This document shows, piece by piece, positions 44,051 to 55,290 of a DNA stretch of 64,000 nt. Within the stretch, counting starts at the first letter, position 1, and each line of letters opens with the position of its first letter. The stretch comes from Macrostomum lignano (lineage: Eukaryota). The notes beneath the pieces were generated by a model. That model searched no databases. It was not told the origin of the DNA and saw nothing but the letters and a program-made list of their open reading frames with translations. The stretch covers positions 1,205,182 to 1,269,181 of the forward strand of contig NIVC01000037.1 in assembly GCA_002269645.1 (NCBI GenBank), written 5' to 3'. The position numbers and the translations under genes are program-made.

Positions 44051-45436
44051 TTGGTTATTAAATAATTGAAATTTTACTTATACCAAAGGAAAAAAAGTAA
44101 AAAAATATTTTATGATAGCTCTTTTTAGCAGCGCCTTCTATGAACAAATGCAATGGCACTTTTTTAAGAGCCCGCTGGCATTGCTCCAAGTGAGGCAGTC
44201 TTTGCTCATCAGCTCAGGGTTCATTGGTACCTCATGTGCGTCCCATGGGCCGTGGGATTGCTCATGCACTTCTGAACAGGGGCATTGGTGGCCCACTAGG
44301 CCTTTATGCTCTACTCTTCTATAGGCCTATTGTATTGCAATAACTGTTCACTAGGCCTAATTGTACTAATTAGGCTTTTATTAAGTATCAGGTTTAGAAA
44401 ATCTGGTTGTGCTTAGCTTTCAAGAAGATCCTAGGGGACCTAGGCTTGCTATATGCAGGCTCTAGCCTCTAGGCCCTATACAATGCAGAAAGCTTGGTAT
44501 TATATTATTGGCATATTGTTTTGATTAGTTGCTTTTCATTCTTCTTATTATATGTTTTGTATCACTTCCATTATTATGGACTAAAGGTAGGGGGCAACCA
44601 GGATGGCCAAAGTTGGGCCCAGGTCGGGCCTTGGGAATTTGGCCTTGGGACAAGATCTTTAGGACAGCTCAATAATTGGAAAAAATCATCATAATAAATC
44701 TTAATACTTTTAGCATATGTGGATTACTATTAAATGTATAATAAATTCATATTAAATATATATTAAACTAAATAAAAAAAAATAATAAATAAATATAAAT
44801 ATTATTATTATTTAATACATTAGTTAAGACTTAGGCCTCCCTAAGAATAGACAAGAGTTCCATTACATGACTTAATACTCAAATATTTGCATATAGTTAG
44901 TGCCTTTAGAGAAAAAAGATTTGTCCCAATTTCCCAACTTTTTTAGGGTTGGGCCTGGGTTGGGCCATGATTTTTGTCAGGATTCCTGACTTTTTGGGCC
45001 TAGGCCCAGGACTGGGTTGCCTTCTAACTAAAGGTAACAATGGCCAGTTGCACTAGCCATAGCCATCAACATGGTTTTAATTAAAAATATGATAATTTTG
45101 CAGACTAGGCCTTAGGCCTATCCTATTTTTTAAAAAGACTTAACTTTTTGTTACTTTTTTATAAAAGTTGCCTTTTATTTACTTTTTGTCTTTTAGTTAG
45201 CCAGATTGGTTGGGTCAGCCAATGGTAATAATTACATATGCTATGTATAAAAAATGCTTACTTTAGGAATCAGTTAAAAAGTAAACTATAAACTTTTGTT
45301 TTAATTCACTTAAGTACCGGTATATCCTAATGGAATGAGACTACAGAACTAGGACCTGTATCCTATTTGTTTGCTAAAAAAGTTTTATATCATTTTAAAA
45401 TTTTAGTACTTAACCACATATTCTGCATCCCTTTTC

Positions 45437-45610
45437 ATGGCTGTCATTGCTTCTATTGCTAAATCGGCACTCAGTGCCCACTGCCCACAGCCACACTATG
45501 TTCGCGAGTACACCTTGGTGTTGCTGCGCAGCCAGTGTGGCAGCCAGATACTGCTTGGCTATAAAAAGCGTGGATTTGGTCAAGGCAAATGGAATGGATT
45601 TGGCGGGAAG
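45437..45610 (+). CDS. NUDT1: NUDT1 exon 1
   Basis: [14 protein letters not shown]/gtaggg donor. Confidence 0.9.
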
Positions 45611-46669
45611 GTAGGGTTGGGAAACTGAAGACTGGGGAATTGCTTTGCTTTTGTAATCCTTGCTCATTGTTCTAGCTTACTGTTTACTGTATTTATAAAT
45701 TGCTGATCTCATTCAACTGATTAATGATCACCTCACCTGTCTTAGACTGCTTATGATCCTATCTCCCTGATAATTGATTCCATCTGTTGGATATTATTGA
45801 TCCCATTTACTATGTTGCTGATCCCATCTCTCTGACCATTGATACTATCTCTCTGACCCCTGATCCCATCTTCGTGACCACTAATCGCATCTCTCTGACC
45901 CCTGATATCATCTTATTGACGCCTGATCCCATCTCTCAGACCATTAGTTCGATCTCTCGGATATTGCTAATCCCATCTCTCGGATATTGCTGATCCCATC
46001 TCTCGGATATCGCTGATCCCGTTCCCATCTCTCAGATATTGCTGATCCCATCTCTCGGATATCGCTGATCCCGTTCCCATCTCTCAGATATTGCTGATCC
46101 CAATACTCAGATATCACTGATCCCATCTCTCAGATATCGCTGATCCCATCTCTAACCGCCCCCACCCCCCGGAGGTGGAAGTAGGTGAGACGCCTTTGGC
46201 CGCGGCAATCCGCGAGCTGCACGAAGAGTCCAGCCTTGAGGTGCGGCCGGCCGACATCCGCCTAGCTGGCCGCATGCTGTTCCAATTCGCCGACGAGACT
46301 CGCGTATTCCGAGTGCACATCTACACTGGCAGCCGCTGGACCGGCCAGCCAGTTGAATCGGACGAGATGCGGCCGCGCTGGTTTAATCTGGCCGACATAC
46401 CGTTCGACAACATGTGGCCGGACGACGCCTATTGGCTGCCGAAGGTGCTGGCTGGCCAGTCTGTGATTGGCTACTTTCTGTACGCTGCCGACAAGGTCAC
46501 GGTGCTGCATCACTGTCTGCGCAACCTGGTAGAGCCTTTGCGCGGCGATGAGGAATCCAACGAGGCGGCTGATGATGAAGACGAAATTGAAGCTGCCATA
46601 GTGAGCAATATTGGTCAGCCCGTCTGCGTCTGCGGTGCCAACCTGCCGACCCCGCTGCCTGTCAGCTAG
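45437..46669 (+). CDS. NUDT1: 8-oxo-dGTPase MTH1 / Nudix hydrolase 1 (~222 aa)
   Basis: Exons 45437-45610 and 46175-46669. [26 protein letters not shown]|[21 protein letters not shown] (Nudix box)..[25 protein letters not shown]. Confidence 0.95.
45765..46155. repeat. Degenerate 23-bp minisatellite (NUDT1 intron)
   Basis: ctgatcccatctctcggatattg. Confidence 0.88.
46175..46669 (+). CDS. NUDT1: NUDT1 exon 2
   Basis: Rest of the Nudix box and MWPDD motif; acceptor is cggag (GAG). Confidence 0.9.
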   Translation: MEVGETPLAAAIRELHEESSLEVRPADIRLAGRMLFQFADETRVFRVHIYTGSRWTGQPVESDEMRPRWFNLADIPFDNMWPDDAYWLPKVLAGQSVIGYFLYAADKVTVLHHCLRNLVEPLRGDEESNEAADDEDEIEAAIVSNIGQPVCVCGANLPTPLPVS

Positions 46670-46959
46670 GCTGATTATCAGTTTTTTATTATGCTTAGCT
46701 TTAGCACTTGTCAAAATTAACAAATATTTCGCATTTAGAAGTCTGTAATAACATTTGTAATCTATTTTTTCTCCTGCCAGTTAGTGCAATCAGCTTCTAA
46801 CTTATCTTGTTTTATTCAATCGTGTGTAAGGTGCTACTACTTCAAGTAAGTTTTGTGCTTTTTTCTCAGTCTTAAAATACAACGATTTATCAATTAATTC
46901 TACGTTGTTACGTTCTTGCTTTCCAATTGAATTTGTTTATAAAAAACGGGAAAAGTCTA

Positions 46960-48120
46960 ACTAAATCGATACGCTAGCTCAGTCTAGTTCTCAACACTAA
47001 AATATCGTTAATTATCGATCTAACTAAATCGATACTTCAGCTCAGTCTAGTTCTCAACACTAAAATATCGTTAATTATCGATCTAACTAAATCGATAATC
47101 CAGCTCAGTCTAGTTCTCAATAGATCGATAATCAAGCTCAGTCTAGTTCTCAGCACTAAAATATCGATAATTATCGATTTAACTAAATCGATACTCCAGC
47201 TCAGTCTAGTTCTCAACACTAAAATATCGTTAATTATCGATCTAACTAAATCGATACTTCAGCTCAGTCTAGTTCTCAACACTAAAATATCGTTAATTAT
47301 CGATCTAACTAAATCGATACTTCAGCTCAGTCTAGTTCTTAACACTAAAATATCGTTAATTATCGATCTAACTAAATCGATAATCCAGCTCAGTCTAGTT
47401 CTCAACACTAAAATATCGTTAATTATTGGTCTAACTAAATCGATAATCCAGCTCAGTCTAGTTCTCAATAAATCGATAATCCAGCTCAGTCTAGTTCTCA
47501 ATAGATCGATACCCCAGCTCAGTCTAGTTCTCAACACTAAAATATCGTTGATTATCGATCTAACTAAATCGATGATCCAGCTCAGTCTAGTTCTCAATAA
47601 ATCGATAATCCAGCTCAGTCTAGTTCTCAATAGATCGATACCCCAGCTCAGTCTAGTTCTCAACACTAAAATATCGTTGATTATCGATCTAACTAAATCG
47701 ATGATCCAGCTCAGTCTAGTTCTCAATAGATCGACAATCCAGCTCAGTCTAGTTCTCAATAGATCGATACCCCAGCTCAGTCTAGTTCTCAACACTAAAA
47801 TATTGTTGATTATCGATCTAACTAAATCGATGATCCAGCTCAGTCTAGTTCTCAATAGATCGATAATCCAGCTCAGTCTAGTTCTCAATAGATCGATACC
47901 CCAGCTCAGTCTAGTTCTCAACACTAAAATATCGTTACTTATCGATCTAACTAAATCGATACTTCAGCTCAGTCTAGTTCTCAACACTAAAATATCGTTA
48001 CTTATCGATCTAACTAAATCGATACTCCAGCTCAGTCTAGTTCTCAACACTAAAATATCGATAATTATCGATCTAACTAAATCGATAATCCAGCTCAGTC
48101 TAGTTCTCAGCACTAAACTA
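46960..48120. repeat. Composite 63-bp/33-bp satellite between NUDT1 and the ABHD6-like gene
   Basis: Long unit ctcagtctagttctcaacactaaaatatcgttaattatcgatctaactaaatcgata.. and short unit ctcagtctagttctcaatagatcgataatccag. Confidence 0.96.
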
Positions 48121-48159
48121 TCGGTAGGTATAACCGCCAAATTCAGGTCCTAAGCGTTG

Positions 48160-48570
48160 ATGGATTTATACGAGTCGCCGCTAGGCGAGCAGCGTCGGTC
48201 TCCATGGCAACAGTCGCATAGTCGCGATAGCGGCACGTCAGAACCGACACTCGATGCCGGCAGCACAGACAGCACTCTGTGGCTGGTCAGCCGCATCCTG
48301 TATCCACTGTTGGTGTGCCTGATCAACTTCTCCCTAGCCATCGGTGCCTGGCTGTGCCTGCTGCACCCGCTGAGGCTCTACCGGCTTCTCCGCTGGCTGC
48401 GGGCCCGCCAAGCCGGCCTTCGATTTCGCCTGGTGCCGCTGGACGGCGCGCACTACCGTCTGGCTGAGAAGGGCCGACCGGACCGGCTGCGGCCGTCGCT
48501 GCTGCTGCTGCACAGCGTCGCCGATGACTGCACAGTGTGGACAGAGTTCGTGCGGCTGGCAGATTCCACT
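48160..48570 (+). CDS. ABHD6-like exon 1
   Basis: ATG at 48160; ACT/gttagt donor, phase 0; LRFRLVPLDGAHYRLAEKGRP..PSLLLLHS. Confidence 0.8.
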
Positions 48571-51233
48571 GTTAGTTGGTTAAAAAACTTCCTACCTTAA
48601 TGTAGTAACCATAACCAAATTGCAACTGGGGTGAGGTAACGCTTTTATCACAAGCCCTAAATTTCATATATATAACGCCACATCACTAAGGGGGGCATGA
48701 GGAGGGAGGTACTCTGTAGCTGACGCCCCCTCTGTACTTCTGGTGCCCCTCTATCTGGCGCTTCTATGTATCTGGCGTGCCCTCTGTATCTGGCGTCTCT
48801 ATCTGGCGTCCCTCTGTGTCTGGCGTCTCTATCTGGCGTCTCTATCTGGCGTCCCTCTGTGTCTGGCGTCTCTATCTGGCGTCTCTATCTGGCGTCCCTC
48901 TGTGTCTGGCGTCTCTATATGGCGTCCCTCTATGTCTGGCGTCTCTATATGGCGTCCCTCTATGTCTGGCGTCTCTATCTGGCGTCCCTCTGTGTCTGGC
49001 GTCTCTATCTGGCGTCCCTCTGTGTCTGGCGTGCCCGTCTGTATCTGGCGCCCCTCTGTGTCTGGCGTGCCCCTGTAGCTGACGCCCCTGCTTCAGGTGA
49101 CACGACAATTTCCATTTCACTTCAGCACGAGCCGAGATTAGCTCGGATTTAATATTCGTATTCATCAATCATTTTAAACCACAAATTTATCAATACGCTA
49201 CATATAGCAGTAGACAGCTAGCCGGTTTCTTAATTAAAATAAATATTTTGTTACTATTTTCCTGGCAGCTTGATCACGTGATCGCCGTCGATCTGCCGGG
49301 CCACGGCGGCAGCCTGGTTAGCTCGGAGGAAGACTTTGATTTCGGCCCGCTGGCTGACAGGATTCGCAAAGTTCTGTTGGCTGCCGGCCTGCCGCCCAAC
49401 CAGCGATTGCACGCTGTCGGGTGCGGCGCGGGCGCCGGCGTGGCTCTGGCCTTGGCTGTTGGCTGGCCCAGCCAGGTTGAACTGCTCACCATGGTGTCTC
49501 CGCTGCTGCCGCCGCTGACAACAGGGGATGACGGCACTGGTGTCAATAAAGACGGCAATGATAGAGCCGGTGACGGCAATGATAGAGCCGGTGACGGCAA
49601 TGATAGAGCCGGTGACGGCAATGATAGAGCCGGTGACGGCAATGATAGAGCCAGAGACGGCAATGATAGAGCCAGTGACGGCAATGATAGAGCCGGTGAC
49701 GGCAATGATAGAGCCAGAGACGGCAATGATAGAGCCAGTGACGGCAATGATAGAGCCAGAGATGGCAATGATAGAGCCAGTGACGGCAATGATAGAGCCA
49801 GTGACGGCAATGATAGAGCCAGAGACGGCAATGATAGAGCCGGTAACGGCAATGATAGAGCCGGTGATGGCAATGATAGAGCCAGTGACGGCAATGATAG
49901 AGTCGGTGATGGCAATGATAGAGCCAGAGACGGCAATGATAGAGCCAGAGAGGGCAATGATAAAGCCGATGATGGCAATGATAGAGCCGACTGGCAAAGA
50001 TACAACAGCGACCTGTACAACTGGCTGCTGCCCTACAATCAGGACCTGCTCACTGAGTCCATTCGGCGCCGTTTCTACCGACCAGCGGCCACTGGTGGAC
50101 TGTCGATACTCTGGTGGCCGATGCGCTCAGTCTGGCTGTCGGACAGGCTGCCTAAGCTGAATTTTTATCGGGCTTTGCTGGCCAATCTGGCTGAAGAGCC
50201 TGGCCAGACCGATCTGCTGGCCTTGGCTGGCCGGGTTCGCGTGCCCGCTCACATTGTCTGGGGCGCGCAGGATGAGGCGAGTTTCAGCATCTTGCATCTT
50301 GGGATGGCAGCCTCTGGGAGAGAAAAACTGTAGGGCGGCGGCCTGTATTGAGCCTGACGGATAAAAAGGCTGAATCGGGAGAAGAGCGGGGAGGGAGAAG
50401 AGAGGGGACGGGAGAAGAGAGGAGAGAGAAGAGAGAGGAGAGGAGATAAGAGGGGATGGGAGAAGAGAGGGGAGAAGAGAGGAGAGAAGGAAAGGGGAGA
50501 GAAGAGAGGGGAGAGGAGAAAAGAAGAAAGGGGAGAGGAGAAAAAATGGGATGGGAGAAGAGGGGAGAGAAGATAAGAGGGGATGGGAGAAGAGAGGGAA
50601 GAGAAGAGAGGGGAGAAGAGAGGGGAGAGAAGAGAGTGGAGAGGAGATGGGAGGGGATGGGATGGGAGAAGAGACTCGTCACGGTTCGTTTCGATCCATT
50701 TCGCCTGTTTCGCGAGCGCGTGTGCGCAAGAGCTCACTAGTTTTTCCGTGTCTCTATCTACGAGTATGAAGAAACCAGAATAAAAAAGGGAAGGGTAATA
50801 GGTGGGATGAAAAAATAAAAACAGATGTGAGATGAAAACAGACTTTCTGTGCACACGTATATAATGAAATTTTATATCTATAGTTAACGCAGGACTCAGG
50901 AGGGAGGGTTGGAGCAACAGATGTTGGATGTAGAATCTCGAGATAGTTTTATATTAAGAATGAAAATGGAAAAGCTCTAAAATGGGGAGAGAGTTATTGA
51001 GTTGGGGTATATAGCAGACTACATTATTCGTGTATTTACAGCTGTATTAACCCTGCGCATTGCAGATTTCCCCAGCATACAACGCTGACCTGCTGCGCGA
51101 CCGGCTACAGAATTTGGTACAGTTTGATCTGCTGGACGAATGCGGCCACTGTCCAGAGACTGAGTGTCCGGGTGTGCTGTATAACTTAGTGCACAAGTTT
51201 CGCAAAAATATGTCGATAAAAAAGTATAAATAA
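48160..51233 (+). CDS. ABHD6: ABHD6-like alpha/beta-hydrolase fold protein (~528 aa), probably catalytically impaired
   Basis: Exons 48160-48570, 49269-50276, 51066-51233. N-terminal hydrophobic segment, PSLLLLHS, VIAVDLPGHG, HAVGCGAG (GxSxG site), HIVWGAQDE|ISPAYNADLL..LLDECGHCP. The symbol is a best family guess. Confidence 0.75.
48735..49075. repeat. 14/16-bp minisatellite (ABHD6-like intron 1)
   Basis: ctctatctggcgtc / cctctgtgtctggcgt. Confidence 0.92.
49269..50276 (+). CDS. ABHD6-like exon 2 (contains 21 x DGNDRA[G/R/S] repeat)
   Basis: tggcag acceptor; open 1008 bp; ends GAG/gcgagt (GC donor). Confidence 0.8.
49551..49991 (+). repeat. Coding 21-bp minisatellite, 21 copies
   Basis: gacggcaatgatagagcc(ggt/aga/agt) = DGNDRA[G/R/S]. 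Confidence 0.97.
50380..50670. repeat. Polypurine (GA-rich) tract
   Basis: Direct reading; ABHD6-like intron 2. Confidence 0.85.
51066..51233 (+). CDS. ABHD6-like exon 3 (catalytic-His motif ECGH)
   Basis: ttgcag acceptor; ISPAYNADLLRDRLQNLVQFDLLDECGHCPETECP...K stop. Confidence 0.85.
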   Translation: MSPAYNADLLRDRLQNLVQFDLLDECGHCPETECPGVLYNLVHKFRKNMSIKKYK

Positions 51234-51339
51234 GTTGGCGGGTTGTTCATTGATTTTTTCAAACTTGTGTAGATACGCTTCTAAGTACGCGAGCTTTCCT
51301 TTTGGCCCGAATGTACACCTGCCTTACTCAAATCCCTAA

Positions 51340-51660
51340 CCCGAATGTACATGCCATAGACCAGCCTCTGCCCCCAATGTACATGCCACAGACCAGCCTC
51401 TGCCCCCAATGTACATGTACATGCCATAGACCAGCCTCTGCCCCCAATGTACATTCCACAGACCAGCCTCTGCCCCCAATGTACATTCCACAGACCAGCC
51501 TCTGCCCCAAATGTACATGTCACATACCACCCTATGCCCCCAATGTACATGCCACAGACCAGCCTCTGCCCCCAATGTACATGCCACAGACCAGCCTCTG
51601 CCCCCAATGTACAAGCCACAGACCAGCCTCTGCCCTCAATGTACATGCCATAGACCTTTA
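51340..51660. repeat. 32-bp minisatellite
   Basis: cacagaccagcctctgcccccaatgtacatgc. Confidence 0.94.
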
Positions 51661-53589
51661 CATGTCTTTGCTTCCTATGCACATACATGTGCTTTACCTT
51701 GACCAACCTCTCCCCTTAAAGTCGGCTTATACCAACTCTGTTCGGATTTAAATCTCAATTTAAAACTGGCATGAATTAGCATGCACAATAGAAAGCTGTT
51801 TTTCCTAGCTACTCTGCATTTTTATGACTTACTCTAGTGATCTTGATGCTCTTCTTCTGTTGCAAATAGTTCTATATAATATATTGAATGTGTAAAAATT
51901 ATTTAAATGAACTGATATTAAATTTGGCTTCCTGTGCTGGGTTTATTTCAAGAAATTCTAATTCTACATCTCTATGGTTTTTTAAGCATCAGAATCTGTA
52001 GTCCAAATTCAGGATACCAGCTGGCATCAGTCGGAAAATTGGAAAATCAAATAAAAAACCAGCATCTCTACTCTACCCTTTACACTGCTGGCCTGCAGAA
52101 GCTGCAGAAATCTGCAGACTCCGTGTATAAAGAATAGTCAAATTTTACAATTAAAAAATGGAACTTAAAATTAACTGGCATCCGAGGTCCGAATTCACGA
52201 TGCAAAAAGTATTAAGCTGATGATGCACGCTATGACACAAAGGTTCCTACATGTATGTGGAAAACGCATGATCAAAAAAGATTTCTTATTTAAGTCGCTG
52301 CGAAGTAGTCCAAACAAGAAGCCCCGCGCGCTGGACTCGTGTTATGCTTGCTGGATGGGATCCCCCCCTGCATTTTCACCTGTCCATGCCAACTCGCGTA
52401 TGCTGATGCATCAATCAATTGTTCCCCAGCTGGTGTTTGGCGCTTCCAGCGCGGGGGGGGGGGTTTAGGGTGATAAGTTGTCAAACTTTGCCAGCCTGCG
52501 CCGGGGCGCGGGACATGACAGGCAGGTAAAAATCAAGCAAGAAAACCGACGATGCTGTAACCTGTCGAGCTGTTTTCCAGGCTGCGTCGAACGCTTTGAT
52601 AAGGTCAGTCGGTGTGTGGGCAAAGGTAAAGAGAAGCTCCCTGGGAGAAAAATAAGATGAAAAGCGCGTTAAACTGATTCCCTATGCCGCGTTTGCCCAA
52701 CTTAATTAACTGATCAAGCTGGCATTGGAATCGGTGAGGGTAGCTTTGCCAAAGGAGCTCAGGACTCGGAAATCTGAAAAGAATTTAAAACGATTTTACA
52801 AGCCTTCGATAGGCTGATTGCAAATTACTATTTCTATAGCGCTAAGCATGTTTCTAGCTAATATTTTCTGTATCTGAAAGGTATATTTTCAGAATTAGAT
52901 TGATTATTAAGATTAAAATCTTAGTTCCGTATGAGGACAATAAAGTATTGAGTCTTTTCCTTTTTCGTTGTTTCTTGGCTTAAACCTTCGGCTGGGACAT
53001 TGGTCTCGCTGTGGTTTGTCTATGGTTCAAAACTGCTTCTTAAGCGAAGGTTTGAGAAGACAAATGTTTTATGGTTTACCTGTAGTTCCGAAGGGGCTTA
53101 AGCGGACACCAACGGGACGGCACACCCTGGCTGACGCTGTTAAGTCGTTAGGGAAACGAGGTTGCACCCGACAATACGAAGTACACGCTACGTACTACTC
53201 TGACATCGCAAGTGTGACTGGGACACGGTAGCAACGCTTTAGAGCGCTACATCGGAATTTCTACGAGTCAACAGAAGTTCTTTAGTGCCATCTCAGCCCG
53301 GACTGGACACAAAGTGCATGTGAACATCTATTAGAGAGTGATTGAATACTGAAAAAGTGTGTTTTTTCGTGCTTCTACGAGTATTAAGTTTCTATTGTAT
53401 CAAAAAATGGATTATACAATACTGATATGGTTGTTACAGTTTTCTGGTAAATGTAAAATTGATTCCCGTCTTTTGTTTCACTTATTGTAGCCGCGAACGG
53501 CTGAGGACTCGTTTGTGGGCCTAGGACTAGATGGCCGAAGCTGTTTGCGGCTATGGATAATTGAAACAAGCCATGCAGGAAAAATACTC

Positions 53590-53905
53590 GTATGTTTCTG
53601 TATAGTCCATGGCCGGGCAAAAGTGGGGGAATAAATTACATGTTCGTTTCTGTAGACTATGGCCGGGCCCAAGTGGGAAATAAAAACGTTTCTGTAGTCT
53701 ATGGTTGGGCCCAAGTGTGGAATAAAAACGTTTCTGTAGTCTATGGTTGGGCCCAAGTGTGGAATAAAAACGTTTCTGTAGTCTATGGTTGGGCCCAAGT
53801 GTGGAATAAAAACGTTTCTGTAGTCTATGGCTGCGCCCAAGTGGGGAATAAATACACATCTCTGTAGTCCATGGCCCGGGCCCAAAGAAGACGCTTCTGT
53901 AGTCT
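53590..53905. repeat. 42-bp minisatellite (a different family from the 20170/54350 arrays)
   Basis: gtagtctatggttgggcccaagtgtggaataaaaacgtttct. Confidence 0.92.
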
Positions 53906-54349
53906 CATCTATAGCCCCAAAACAATACGACGTAATTGCATTGAACCATAGATATACATAGAGCGGCCAAGTGAAGGAGAAATAATGTAACCGCGATTTA
54001 TCTCCAGATTACAAACTCTATTGGCAAAATTGCAATCAAGTTTGGCCTTATAAGTTCGGAATTCCACGGCAACTGGCCCAGCATTCCTCGCTCCCGGCAA
54101 CCCACCCCACGGTTTTTCTGGCCGATAGCGAATGAGGCAGCAGCAGCGGAGAGCCCAATCCCAGTTTTATCCGCCAGCCCGCGCGCCCGCTATCTGAGCC
54201 GCACCAAGCTCTTGACACGGACAAGACCAGCTTCTTTGAAGTTTCAGAAATTTGCGCCAAACTCTTAACTTTGTGTAGGCTTGGCATGAAGCGATCTCAC
54301 GACTTTTTGGGGCAGACCCGGTCGCCTCCTATTGGTGAGTTAAACAGAC

Positions 54350-55290
54350 TAACAATCCATTCTATCCCTGTATCCATGATGTAGGTTAGATCAGCAATCC
54401 ATTCTATTCCTTCATCCATGATGTAGGCTAGATTAGCAATCCATTCTATTCCTGCATCCATGATGTAAGCTAGATTAGCAATCCATTCTATTCCTGCATC
54501 CATGATGTAGGCTAGATTAGCAATCCATTCTATTCTCATACATGATGAAGACTAGATTAGCAATCCATTCTATTCCTGCACCCATGATGTAGGCTAGATT
54601 AGCAATGCATTCTATTCCTGCATCCATGATGTAAGCTAGATTAGCAACCCATTCTATTCCTGCATCCATGATGTAAGCTAGATTAGCAATCCATTCTATC
54701 CCTGCATCCATGATGTAGGCTAGATTAGCAATCCATTCTATTCCTGCATCCATGATGTAGGCTAGATTAGCAATCCATTCTATCCCTGCATCCATGATGT
54801 AGGCTAGATTAGCAATCCATCCTATTCCTGCATCCATGATGTAGGCTAGATTAGCAATCCATTCTATTCCTGCATCCTTGATGTAGGCTAGATTAGCAAT
54901 CCATTCTATTCCTGCATCCATGATGTAGGCTAGATTAGCAATCCATTCTATTCCTGCATCCATGATGTAGGCTAGATTAGCAATCCATTATATTCCTGCA
55001 TCCATGATGTAGACTAGATTAGCAATCCATTCTATTCCTGCATCCATGATGTAGGCTAGATTAGCAATCCATTCTATTCCTTCATCCATGATGTAGGCTA
55101 GATTAGCAATCCATTCTATTCCTGCATCCATGATGTAAGCTAGATTAGCAATCCATTCTATTCCTGCATCCATGATGTAGGCATGATTAGCAATCCATTC
55201 TATTCCTGCATCCTTGATGTAGGCTAGATTAGCAATCCATTCTGTTCCTGCATCCTTGATGTAGGCTAGATTAGCAATCCATTCTGTTCT
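54350..55290. repeat. 42-bp minisatellite, copy B
   Basis: Same unit and orientation as 20170-20702. Confidence 0.97.

Noticed and set aside
52968-53330. 87-aa ORF as a possible transposase fragment
   Set aside because: No DDE, RT or other recognisable motif; cannot be supported without a search.
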